Origin: Mobula hypostoma
Taxonomy: Eukaryota
Direction of reading: 5' to 3'
DNA: 64,000 nt
Assembly: GCF_963921235.1 (NCBI RefSeq)
Contig: NC_086097.1
Coordinates: forward strand, 246,824,001-246,888,000
A model generated the notes under the pieces. That model saw only the letters and a program-made list of their open reading frames with translations. It was not told where the DNA came from and searched no databases. A program made the translations under genes and the position numbers. Positions 23,801 through 36,059 of this stretch are shown here, in pieces; position 1 is the first letter of the stretch, and each line of letters begins with the position of its first letter.

Positions 23801-26800
23801 ACTAGCTAATGTGCAAGCCATAGAGAACAAGGTGGATGATCTTAAAGCCAGACTCACCTACCGCAGGGAGATGCAGAACTGCTGTGTATTCTGTTTCACT
23901 GAGACTTGGCTCTCCCCTACCACCCCTGACTGTGCCATCTGATCAGAGGGATTTTCGATCCATCGGACAGACTGCACGGCGTCTTCGGGCAAGACGAGGG
24001 GAGGTGGTGTCTGCCTACTGATCAACACTGCGTGGTGCTCGGACACGTGGCACTGACAAGCTCCTGCAGCCCAGACCTGGAACACCTGTCGGTGAAGTGT
24101 TGTCCCTACTAACTGCCACGGGAATTCACCTCGGTCATACTGACAGCAGTCTACATTCCCCCCCAGGCGGACGTGGAGTGTGCTCTGAACATACTGTATG
24201 CCAACATCAGTGAACTTGAGACCAGGTATCCGGAGGCTTTGCTCATTACAGCCGGGGACTTTAACCAGCCCAAGCTCAGAAAGGCGCTGCCAAAGTTATA
24301 CCAACATGTCTCCTGCCCCACTAGAGGCCCGAATATACGTGACCACTGCTACACAGCAGTCAAGGATGCCTACCGTTCCGTCCCACGACCTCACTTCGGA
24401 AAGTTGGACCATCAGGCCGTACTCCTTCTCCCGGTTTACAAACAGAAACTGAAGCGGGAGGTCACGGTGTCAAAAGTAGGGTCGCGTTGGACGGAGGAAA
24501 CGGATGAGGTCCTCCGTGACTGTTTTGAATTGGTGGACTGGTTAGGATTCAAGGACTCGGCAGCTAACCTCGATGAGTATGCCTCAGCTGTCACGGACTT
24601 TACTTGGAAATACATGGAGGACTGTGTGGCTCACAAAACGATCTGGGTATTCCCTAACCCAAAACCTTGGATGAATTATGAGGTCAAGTCCCTTTTGAAG
24701 GCTACAGCTGCGGCTTTTAGGTCTGGGGATACCAGTCGCTACACATGGAATCCAGGCATGAACTCCGGAAAGCCATTAAGGGCGCCAAGAGGCAATATTG
24801 AACAAAGTTGGAAGTCCAGGCTAACCAGAGGGATGGCAGTAGACTATGGCAGGGTCTAAATGAGATCACTGGGTGCAAAGAAAAGGCTGGGAATATCAAT
24901 AACTGTGGCACTTCTCTTCCTGCCGAACTTAACATATTCTACGCAAGATTGGAACAGAAGAGGAGCGTCCCGCTCCCTCCGGATGAACCGGACCTGGTGG
25001 CATCGAGATTCATCGTCACCGAGGAGGACGTTAGAAGGGCCTTCCTAAAGATAAACCCAAGGAAGGCGATGGGCCCAGATGGCGTCCCAGGATGGGTTTT
25101 CCGGGCCTGTGCAAGCGAGCCAGCTGGAGTGTTTGCTGACATCTGCAACTGCTCCTTGCATCGGTCTAAGATCCCCTCGTGTTTTAAGAAGGCAATGATA
25201 ATCCCGGTGTCGAAGAAGAGCAAGGTGGCATGCCTGAATGACTATCGACCTGTGCCTCTGACATCAATTGCTATGAAGTGCTTCGAGCGATTGGTTATGG
25301 CACACATCAACCACAGCCGACCGGTCAACCTCGATGCTTTGCAATTCGCCTACCGGAGCAACAGGTCAACAGCAGATGCCATCTCTCTGGCTCTACATTC
25401 CTCCTTAGAATAGCTGGAGAATAAAGACGCATACATAAGGCTCCTTTTCATTGACTACAGCTCTGCCTTTAATACCATCATTCCAAATAAACTGATTCCT
25501 AAACTCCGGAACCTGGGCCTTAGCACTCACATCTGCAGCTGGATCTTCAACTTCCTCACAAACAGGACCCAGGCTGTAAAAATAGGGGACAAGCTCTCCT
25601 CTACAATCACTCTGAGCACCGGTGCCCCACAAGGCTATGTACTCAGCCCCCTGCTGTACTCACTGTACACCCATGATTGTGTAACCAAGTTTCCATCGAA
25701 CTCAATATATAAGTTTGCTGATGACACAACAATTGTTGGCCATATCTCGGGTAATGATGAGTTTGAGTACAGAGAGGAAATTAAGAACCTGGTGGCATGG
25801 CGCGAAGACAATAACCTATCCCTCAACGTCAGCAAGACGAAGGAATTGGTTGTTGACTTCAGTAGGAGTAGCGGACCGCACGACCCAATTTACATCGGTG
25901 GTGCGCAAGTGGAACAGGTCAAAAGCTTTAAGCTCCTTGGGGTCAATATCACAAATGACCTGACTTGGTCCAACCAAGCAGAGTCCACTGCCAAGAAGGC
26001 CCACCAGCACCTTTACTTCCTGAGAAAACTAAAGAAATTTGGCCTGTCCCCTAAAACCCTCACTAATTTTTATAGATGCACCGTAGAAAGCATTCTTCTA
26101 GAGTGCATCACAACCTGGTACGGAAGTTGTCCTGTCCAAGACCGAAAGAAGCTGCAGAAGATCGTGAATATGGCGCAGCACATCACACAAACCAATCTTC
26201 CACCCTTGGACTCACTTTACACTGCACGCTGTGGGAGCAGTGCTGCCAGGATAATCAAGGACACGACCCATCCAGCCAACACACTTTTTGTCCCTCTTCC
26301 CTCCGGGAGAAGCTCAGGAGCTTGAAGACTTGTACGGTCAGATTTGGGAACAGCTTCTTTCCAACTGTGATAAGACTGTTGAACGGATCCTGACTCGGAT
26401 CTGGGCCGTACCCTCCAAATATCCAGACCTGCCTCTCGGTTTTTTTTTGCATTACCTTACTTTACATTTTTCCATTTTCTATTTATGACTTATAACTTAA
26501 ATTTTTAATATTTACTATCGATTTGTAATCCAGGGAGCGGGAAGCGCAGAATCAAATATCGCTGTGATGATTGTATGTTCTAGTATCAATTGTTTGGCGA
26601 CAATAAAGTATAAAGTATTACATAACACCCAATCCAGTAGAGCTGATCCCTAGAATGCTCAATGACAAACTGCTCCAAAAAGCTATCTCTTAGGCATTCA
26701 ACTAACTCACTCTCGAGATCCATTACCAACCTGATTTTCCCAATCGACCTGCATGTTAAAATCTCCCATGACTGCCATCAACGTCCTTTTACCCTTGTAG

Positions 26801-27292
26801 TTTCTTAACTCAACCCACAAGGACTCAACACCTTCCAATCCTGTGTCACATCTTTCTACTGATTTGATGCCATTCTTCACCAGTAGTCACAGTACCCCCT
26901 CTGCCTACCTTCCTATCCCTCCAATATAACGTGTAACCTTGGACATTCAGTTCCCAACCACAACCATCCTTCAGCCACAATTCAGTTACGGCCACAACAT
27001 CCTACCCGGCAATTTGTAATATTGCAACAAGATCATCCACCTTATTTCTTATACTCCGCACATTTAGATACATCTTGAGTAAAGTATTTGCTGTCCTTTT
27101 TGACTCTGCATCCCTAATGATTTGATACTCAGTCCGTTTGCTGCAACTAAGTCCCATCACCTTCCTGCCCTTCCTGACAATCTGACTGCACGCTATTTTT
27201 ACTTTTTTATCCTCAGTCCTTTCCCCGAGTCCCTTCACTCCGGTTTCCACCACCCTGCCAAGTCAGCTTAAACCCTCCCCAACAGCTCTAAT
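20835..27292 (-). mobile_element. Long CR1 ORF2 (20835-23060 and 26619-27292) interrupted by the Rex1/Babar element
   Basis: Endonuclease MYLNVRSIRNKVDDL (27002..27253); LGTSDHNMI; SQHGFLQGKSCLTNLLEF..DFQKAFDKVPH; KFVDD; (TCTTATG)n-type tail at about 20835. Confidence 0.9.
23061..26618 (+). mobile_element. Near full-length Rex1/Babar-clade LINE (APE + RT), young but disabled
   Basis: [68 protein letters not shown]; (AAAGTAT)n tail. Stops at 23940 and 25411 plus frameshifts. Confidence 0.92.
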
Positions 27293-27391
27293 CATAAATA
27301 TGGTGACCAGATAGAAAGTGGTGGATTCCATTCAACCCATCCAGTTGGTTGGAACAGCTGCTCTTTTGCAGTATAACTACACAGTGACAGC

Positions 27392-27522
27392 CACAAACAA
27401 GAGAAAGTCTGCAGATGATGGAAATTCAAGCAACACACACAAGATGCTGGAGGAACTCATCAGGCAAGGCAATGTTAAAGAATACAGTCGACATTTTGGG
27501 CTGAGACCCTTTAGCAGGACTG
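27392..27522 (-). mobile_element. PLE pseudo-LTR fragment with a degenerate hammerhead
   Basis: Minus strand ACAGTC-CTGCTAA-AGGGTCTCAGCCC-AAAAT-GTC-GACTGT. Confidence 0.75.
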
Positions 27523-27529
27523 TCCCATT

Positions 27530-28160
27530 AGTAAATGGGAAGAAAATTCAAACAGAGGTGCAGAGGGATTTAGAATATAAAAACAAGGAGATAATGCTGA
27601 AGCTTTATAAGACACTAATCAGACCACACTTGGAGTTATGTCAACAGTTTAGGGCCCCATATCTCAGAAAGGATAAGAGTCATTGGAAAGCATTCAGAGG
27701 AGGTTCACGAGGATGATTCCGGGAATGAAGGGGTTAACATATGAGCAGCATTTGGCAGGTTTGTGCCTGTACTCACTGGAATTTAGCAGAATGCAAGGGA
27801 ATCTCATTGAAACGTACCAAATGCTGAAAGGACTCGGTAGGGTGGATGTGGAGAGGATGTTTCCTCTGGTGGGGATGTCCAGAACTAGACAGCATAGCCT
27901 CAAAACTGAGGGGGTGACCTTTTAGAACAGAAGGAAAGAGGAATTTTTTTTAAGCCAAAGAGCGGTGAATCTGTGCAATGCTCTGCTACAGACTGTGGTA
28001 GAGGCCAAGCGGAAGATGACAAGAGTCCTGATTGATCAGATCAAGGGATATGGTGAGAGAGGTGTATGGGGTTGAATGGGATCCGGGATCAGCGATGAAG
28101 AAGTGGCGGAGTGGACTTGATAGGCTAGATAGCCTAATTCTGCTCCTATGTCTTATGTCA
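27530..28160 (+). mobile_element. CR1 3' fragment
   Basis: LYKTLIRPHLE..QRRFTRMIPGMKGLTYE..GNLIETY. Confidence 0.85.
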
Positions 28161-29652
28161 TTCAGCCCTTTGCCTCCAAGTGAAAAAAAAAGTACAACCT
28201 ACACACTAGAAGAGCATCACTTGCAAATCCTCATTCCATGAACATATGACATCACAGAGAGGGAGGAGCAGGCTACTCTGCTAGTCTAGCATCCATGCCA
28301 ATTAATATCATGGCCCAGCCTTCATTTCTGTGCTAGCTCCCCATATAGCTCTTGATTCCATGTTTATTCAAAAGTTCATTGTGAATACACAAGAGCATGT
28401 AGCCTTAATAACCCTCTGTGGTAGAGGGTTCCAGAGATTCCCCACTCTCAGTGAGGAGCTCCTCTGTGCCTCGGTTTTAAGTAAAAACACACTGATCTTG
28501 TAAGCAAAAATATAAACATGCATTCTACAAATCCAAATTCACTTCATCTACAGGTAGTCTACTGACTCCGCTTGTTACATCGTTGGAGCACTTCAGCAAA
28601 ATTTTTGAACTTGATTAACCCTTCAGAAAGTCATGCTGATGTTGTTTAATTGCATTAAGCTTCTCTAAATCACAGGTTATTTCTTGATTTTAGACTGCAA
28701 CATTTTGCCAACAGATGTAAAACTAACAGGCCTACATAGTCACTTGCTTGTATTCCTTCATTTTCCATTCATTATTGTGTCTATCCAGTCAGCTGGTAAC
28801 TTCTCAGATTCAGCTCAAGTCTATTCCAATCCTCCACCTTATTTCCCTGTATTTTATCCCCTCACAGTTGCCATACTAACGTTGCCCCATCCCCTACCTA
28901 CGGTAGCCAGTGTACCCAACAAATGGCACATCGCTGGGAAGAGTTAAGAAAATCATTGTGTTCACAGGGAGAACATGCAAACTATCTCCAGACAACAGTA
29001 GATGTCAGATTTGAACTTTCATCACTAGAGCTGAGGCAGCAATACCATCTTTAATGCCACTTATGTTGCCTCGCGGGACAAACTGTACATTTTGTACAGC
29101 TTTAATGGTGTGGCCTTCAGTTACTGCAATTTTAATTTTTGTCTGCTTCGGGCAGATGGGGCTCTTCAGCTGTGTTTGACAGCTCATTTAGAAGGAAAAT
29201 ACTGATCTCAAATAAATCCAGAACTGGAGTCCATAAGGCAGTCATACATTGAGTTCAATGCTGACTGGGAACTCCTGCGATGCCACTGCCGTTCCCTTGG
29301 TATCATCAGATGCCTGGAGAGGGGATGCCTGCTTCATAGGCAACAGCTTGCTCACCATATTGTACTGCCCTGGCTTGTATATCAGCTACATAGATGGCTA
29401 GAATGCAATATTCATAGTCGACCCCGACAAATGGAGGCCTCTCAATTTTTGTTTTCCAAAAAACTCTTGCAAGTTGCTCAGAAGTGCTAGAAACATTCAG
29501 CAGGCCAAGCAGAGTGTTAATATTTCAGGTGTCAAACTGGTCATTAGACCTGCTGAGTGTTTCCAATCTCATCTGTTTATATTTCTGATGTGCAGTTGTT
29601 AATATTGTTTATTTGTACCGATACTTGCAATTATCTTATCATAAATGAAGGA

Positions 29653-29894
29653 AAAATACAAACACGAGGAAATCTGCAGATACTGGAAATTCAAGCCACA
29701 CACACAAATTGCTGGTGGAAAGCAGCAGGCCAGGCAGCATCTATTGGAAGAGGTACAGTCGACGTTTCAGGCCAAGACCCTTTGTCAGCACCCACGAAGG
29801 GTCCTGATGAAGGGTCTCGGCCCGAAACGTTGACTGTAACCCTTCCAACAGATGCTGCCTGGCCTGCTGCATTCCACCAGCATTTTGTGTGTTG
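29653..29894. mobile_element. Penelope-derived fold-back mini-element with two oppositely oriented hammerhead motifs
   Basis: Roughly 200-nt inverted repeat (about 29695-29894); 13-bp TSD CATAAATGAAGGA at 29640-29652 and 29895-29907. Confidence 0.85.
29800..29835 (+). ncRNA. Minimal type I hammerhead ribozyme motif (PLE-type)
   Basis: GGTC-CTGATGA-AGGG-TCTCGG-CCC-GAAAC-GTT-GACT: intact CUGAUGA/GAAA core, stem II GGG/CCC, palindromic ACGT stem III, stem I GGTC/GACT. Confidence 0.65.
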
Positions 29895-30427
29895 CATAAA
29901 TGAAGGACTTCAGTTATGATAGAGGACATGAGGAATCTATGAAACTGCTGCCTGCCAAGCAATAAAACAGTTTCTGAGTCTCTACGAATAAAAATAATGG
30001 TTTGATCTTAGCATGGAGCTAAGTCCACAGAGGAACTCACTACCAAGTCTTCACCCAAGAAAACAGACATCTGCAGCCCCTCAAGTAATTTGCTGCAGTA
30101 CCACTAATGCTTTATTATTCTGGATTTGCTGCTTTTAGAGCAATGTCACCTAACCTCTGGGAGCTGTGATTCAAATCACATTGATGCAACTTTCCTAACC
30201 ATCTAATTAAGACCATCCTGCTTATTGGAGGTTTACATTGTGATTTCATTAAAAACATCCATGATAATCTTTTCTGTAGAATAACTGTAGATTGAGTTGA
30301 TTAGAACCCAGCAACTCCCATACAGAAATGCAAACACTAGCTGAACATCAATTTTTCTTCTCTCCCCCAAATCTGGCATTTTGTGCAGAAGGTCCTAATG
30401 CAATCAGAAGTCCAAAGAATGACTTAC

Positions 30428-30559
30428 TCAGGCGGAGGCATTTTTGTAGGATCCACCTCTCTCAGGAAGTCGGACTGAAGAGCCTGCTCTGCCGTGCAGC
30501 GCTTACTGGGATCCAAAGCTAACATGTGATCAAAGAGATCCAAAGCAGTTGCCGGAATA
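30428..30559 (-). CDS. CDK13: CDK13 exon 11 (132 bp): [44 protein letters not shown]
   Basis: TTTCAG acceptor, GTAAGT donor; read by hand. Confidence 0.96.
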
Positions 30560-31677
30560 CTGAAAGCATAAACAGAACATTGGAAATAAGCCCATCTTCA
30601 TCTCTTTCAACATCTTCAGATAAGTTCACAATTTTTACTGCATTTCCTTGAACTACATCTAAACGCAAGTTAAGCAGGTGCTACACCTTGCCTAAGGGTG
30701 ACCTGCAGGGTAGCAGATGACAAAAGCACCTTACATCTCCTTTGGTAGTAACGTATCTGCACCCTGCCCCCAATAAACAATACAGTCACTCCAAAATAAG
30801 ATTCAAACTTTATGTGCAGTATATTTTACAAAGATGGAGCAACAAAGAATAGGATATCAATGAAGTCATAAGCATGTATCCACACTGATTAAATCCAACA
30901 TCTGAAGACATCTCTCTCACAATTAGAGGGGGTAGGTTTAAAATTACAGAAGTTAAGAAAATGACACAAGCAGCCTGATGAGAAGATCTTTGTAAAGGTA
31001 AGTCCCAGAAATATTTGTAGTACATTGTGTGTCAACAGTGAATATACGTTAACAGAAAAAGACTACAGCTTTGAGGCTAGTTGTAAGTCTAGCACTACAA
31101 TAAATCTTAGATGATTTCTTTTTCTGATATCAGCAATGACAAATTAAGGATTAAGGCATGAAGCTTCCAATGTTTTCCAACCATCTTTATCATTAACAGC
31201 TCGGCCTTGGAAAGTAGTCCTTTTGCATACAAGAGCTAAGACCTAAAAATATTTGATCACCCAGAAGAGGAAATATTTTCAAGTGATAATGGAATATATA
31301 GATAGGATTATGGAAGAGAAATAGGAGGTTCGGCCAATTTGGAATAGGTTAACAAAGCACTGAAGGGGCAATAAAATTGATAAGGCAAGAGACAGAGGAT
31401 TTTACTGATTACATCTCCTGCTACCTCAGGAAAGCAGCCACCATAATAAAAGACCCCTTACAGTGGGCCACTCTCCCCTCTTCCATCAGGCAGAAGATAC
31501 AAAAGCTTGAAAACCCCTAACACCAGGCCTAAGAACAATCTCTTTCCTGCTGTCGTAACACTCATGAACAGGCATCTTGATCTCAATCTACCTCAGCATA
31601 ACCCTTGCATCTTATCCACCTAACTCCACTTTCTCAGTAACTATAACACTATTCTGCATTGTGTTTTTGTAGAACCT

Positions 31678-32468
31678 CAGTATTTGATTCCGCCTTTAAG
31701 TTTGACAAGCAAGTTAATGCAGTAGTAAAAGCCAGTTTTTTCCAGCTTCGTACTATTGCCAAAGGTCGTTTCTCTCTTTCAAAGACCTCGAGAAAGTCAC
31801 CCACGCCCTTATATCCTCCCGCTTGGACTACTCCAACTCCCTGTATACTGGGATTAGTCAGTCGTCCCTGTCCCGCCTGCAACTGGTCCAGAACGCCACA
31901 GCCAGGCTCCTGACAGGTGCCTAGAAGAGGGGCCATATTACTTCTATCCTGGCCTCTCTCCACTGGCTTCCAGTATGGTTTAGAATTGATTTTAAGGTTC
32001 TCCTGTTTGTTTATAAAGCCCTAAATGGGCTGGCCCCCTCCTATATCACAGACCTTCTAACCCCTTATTCTACTTCCAGGTCCCTCAGGGCAGCTGACTT
32101 GGGGCTCCTGGCTGTCCCACGATCTAAATTTAAGTTCGGGGTGACCGTGCCTTTGTTGTTGTAGCCTCTAGACTGTGGAACAGCATTCCCCTCCCTATCA
32201 GACCTGCCCCCTCCATTGACTCTTTTAAGTCCAGGCTCAAAACTTACCTTTATTCACTTGTGATTGAATCTTCCTGATGTGGGTGATTTTTGGCTTGTGC
32301 TGAGGCTCATGTGTTGTTTATTTTGTGCCAATAAGCTGTGCGTCTTGTTGCTTATATCTGTGTTTCTTGTATTTGTGATTTTAGCTACCTGTTATGGTTT
32401 GTACAGCACTTTGGTCAACATGGGTTGTTTTTAAATGTGCTTTATAAATAAATTTGACTTGACTTGAC
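31678..32468 (+). mobile_element. L2 LINE 3' part inserted in a Rex1-type 3' fragment
   Basis: FDKQVNAVVKASFFQLRTIAK..SSRLDYSNSL..LQLVQNATARLL..LHWLPV.FRIDFKVLL..RLWNS; (TTGAC)n tail. Confidence 0.88.
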
Positions 32469-35400
32469 CTACCTGTTCACACAGCATGCAAAACAACTTC
32501 TCACTCTCAGTAAATCTGACAATACTAAACCAATTACTGAGAAAGGTTTTGAGATATTTTGTGAGTTGAAATGCAAAAATAGCTGTTGCTAAAAGTGAGA
32601 TGTACTAATAGATTGCTACTCAACCACTCGACAGCTGAGGCTCTAGATAATCAGTTTGAAGTTCCATAATTAAAAGGGAAACAGATAGATGAGGGATGTC
32701 TAATGAAGAACTGTCACTTTAAGATCGCAAATATTTCAGCTTCAGACCGCGTCCTTCATAGAATCAAATCTATAGGGGATACATTATTCAGCCTAATATC
32801 TATGAAAAGTCATTACCCTCAAGGGAATAGGATATTTCTGTTAACAAATCTAGATTACTCAATTTTACCGATCTCCCCTAGGTTTTCTTTGTTCTAAAGC
32901 AAACAACTACAACTGAGTTAATCACCTATCATAACTAATTTGTCAGCCTTTGCAATATGCTCATTAATCCCTTCTGAACCCTCTGGTGTCAACATCCTGA
33001 GGGATCATGACTGGAATTGTACACAGGGCTATAATTCTAGTATAGCCTGATATCATGGCTCTTGTATTCTATGCTTTGGATATTGAAACAAGCCATTTCT
33101 TATCATCTAGATGCCACATGTCAGACTGTATGAATAGTCTTGTCAGAGTATTCTGTACACAGTACATCATGAACCACACTGTCGCTTCAACAATTCATAA
33201 CATATGGTTGAATCCTATTTAGTGTTTCGGGGGGGGGGGGGGAGTGTTGACTGTGAAGTCTCTTGTTGTTTTTGTTCCACTCAAGGAAACTTAAAATTTT
33301 CCAATCCTCCTTTACCAAGCTTGCTGACCGAAGGAGTGGTGACTGGGGAGAAAGAAGGGCTCTAATCCACCATACCAGATGCTTAAACCATGCCGCACCA
33401 ATAACAGAGTTTTAATGTTCCTTTATTATTTTGCATAATAGGTTATCATTGTGTATTGACAACTAGCCAGAATCTTTTCAGCTTTTATTGAAATCACCCT
33501 ATCCTATTGTACCTATTTACAACAGTTTCTCTGTTGTAAATTTGGTTCCAGAAGCACAAACATGGATTTGCAAGTCAACTTGTCAGCGTTGTCGAATACA
33601 GCGTTAAGAATTCCACTCTACAGTTTTTGACAAGTTCATCTCTTCGATTAGGCATTTGGTCATCTTGCAATGTGGTTTTCCTTGGCATGGCTTCCATCAT
33701 TTTTAGTTCAAACTCTGAAGCACAAGGCATATTGTTGCAAGGAGAGCAAAGATAATATTGTTTGCCTCTAACAACCTCATCCAATATAATTTAAAATGAT
33801 TTCCTATTCACAACATTAACATTATGCAGCAGTCATTGAGATTTTGTGATCCCTCCTGACAAGTCACTAAAAATGGAAGATGAATGCCAGGTCTGCTGCC
33901 AGCATTTTGAATGATCTAACTAAATCATCCCTGTGCCTGTTTTTAGGCTTTGACAGCTTATATTATGTTGCCCAGGGTTGACAAGGCTCATCCCAATTGA
34001 TAGCAGCATATTTTGTTATTGTTTAGATCTTAATTCTAGGTTTAAAAAAAGACTTCAGCATTAAAAAACTACTTTTGCAGTCCATCTGAGTGAGATGCAC
34101 ATGGACAATGAAAACATTTCTCTGAACCCATTAAAAGAAGACAAGTTTTATTCATTTTTGTTTTAAAACTTAAGACAAAGATTAATTTTATAAAAATTGT
34201 AGCTTTCGTGTTATAGAAATAAAGTTCCAGCTTTATTTGTCACGTACCTTAAAGCATACAGTGAAATATGTGGTTTGCATCAAATCTAATCAGCGAGAAT
34301 TGAGCTGAACAGCCTGCAAGTGTCACCATGCTTTCAGTACCAACATACCATATCCTTAACAATTTAAACTGGAATCCCATGACTGAATGTTTAGCTTGGT
34401 GATTGGAGTCCCACTCTGTTTAAGAAATGTGCAATTGTTGAAATTTAAAATGAAGTGAATTAACTATTTATATGTTATACATTGTTCCATACAATTGAAA
34501 TTGCCCATAGCAAAGATTTAATATATTTTGTCAAACGTGTAATTCAGCTGGCTAATTACTACAGCATTGCACTCACGAGGTTGGATTGCCGCATAGTAAA
34601 ATATTGTTTCATTCCTTAGTTTATTACAAAATTTAAAAAAAAGGAAGTCAGCGAGTGAAGTTAACTGGTTTATTGGCCTCCCAGTAAATATGAGAGAAGA
34701 AATGGACACTGCATATCTGAGCTTTAGACTCGTTTTCAGGTAATGAATTAGACAAATTTAATTCAAGATGAAACAAGCATCATCTTGCTTAATCTATCTT
34801 CAGCATATTTTATAATCTCTTAAAGGCTTTGATGGACTTAACCTTTGTGTTGTGCAACCTTCAGTTCATAAAAGCAAACCCAAGGTTGAATTTGTGAAAT
34901 CTAGTGGGTTCATTTTGGAAATAAAGTAAAATACTAAATAGATTAGATTTTAAAAATTGAAATGATGAATACAGGAATAGTAAACAGAGGGACATTGGCA
35001 TTGTCCATAGTCTCCTGGAAATGGCAATGCACGTAGATAGGGTGAATGCATATGTGCATTGCACGGAATATAACAGCTCAACTTTTATGTTGAGACCTTA
35101 TAAAACACTAGTCAGACTGTTGTCACACTATAGGAAAGATATGATTGTGCAGGTGAGAGTGCACAGGAGATTCGCCAGTCTGTTGCCTGGATTGAAGAAT
35201 GTGTTATGAGGAGAGTGGATAAGTTGGAGTGCATTTTCCCAGCAGCAAGTCATAGGTAGGTGAGAAAATGCCATAGATGGAGCTTTTACCCATGGTAGGA
35301 GTATGAGAAACAAGAGGGCATAGGCTGAAGGGGTTTTCAAGCAGATTTGGGGTAAAGTTTTTTTAAAATATGCTGAGAATAGTTGATCTTGAAGTGGCGG

Positions 35401-36059
35401 TGGAATCAGATATAACTGTTACGTCTAAGGCATAGAGGGATACGGACCCAATGCTGGCAGCTCCTTTGTTCTTTTGCTTTTTTTTTGTCCCCTCAAAGTG
35501 ATTCATCCCACACTCCAATTGGCATCCATTTGCCATATTTGTACCAACATAAGCCATTCATAGATATCTTTCTGTAACCTAAAATCTTCCTCCTATCCGC
35601 CACCTTGTTAATTTGGGAATCATTAGCAAACCTCTTAGTTGCAATCCCTGCCATAAATTTCCAAATCATTTGCAAATTCCATGAAAAGGCAGAAATCTGG
35701 TTAGCATCAGCCTTGGCAACCATTACCTCCCTGCTTTCTCCCACCAAGGAATCTTGAATTCAACTTGCCAAATTACTTCAATAACATGGACTTCTACTTT
35801 CTTACTCTACTTGGGACATGAAACTTAGACGAATGTCATCTATTATTAAATGTGTCAAACTAACCTCTTAATTTCAGCTGTTAGACATGAGCATCCCCTC
35901 TCCCTATTGATATAAAAACTGGATTCTTACAGCACAAGAATAAATGGCAGGATTTCTGCTACTAGAACCTGGCATCTTATTAGTATTAGCCTATTACACC
36001 ATATTCCCAATAGAGACTTCCTAATCCTAATCTATGATCAATCCCTATTTCTTGTTAAG

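Noticed and set aside
23940..25413. Programmed readthrough or selenocysteine at the in-frame TGA/TAG in the Rex1 ORF
   Set aside because: Explained by C-to-T changes (CGA to TGA, CAG to TAG) alongside several frameshifts, i.e. ordinary decay.
23205..26488. Dense overlapping ORFs on both strands as new genes
   Set aside because: Alternate frames and antisense shadows of the GC-rich Rex1/Babar LINE.
33229..33242. Poly-G run as a G-quadruplex element
   Set aside because: Simple homopolymer with no further support.
33575..33784. 69-aa minus-strand ORF as a cryptic CDK13 exon
   Set aside because: Exons 10 and 11 already join into an uninterrupted kinase sequence; no homology or good donor.
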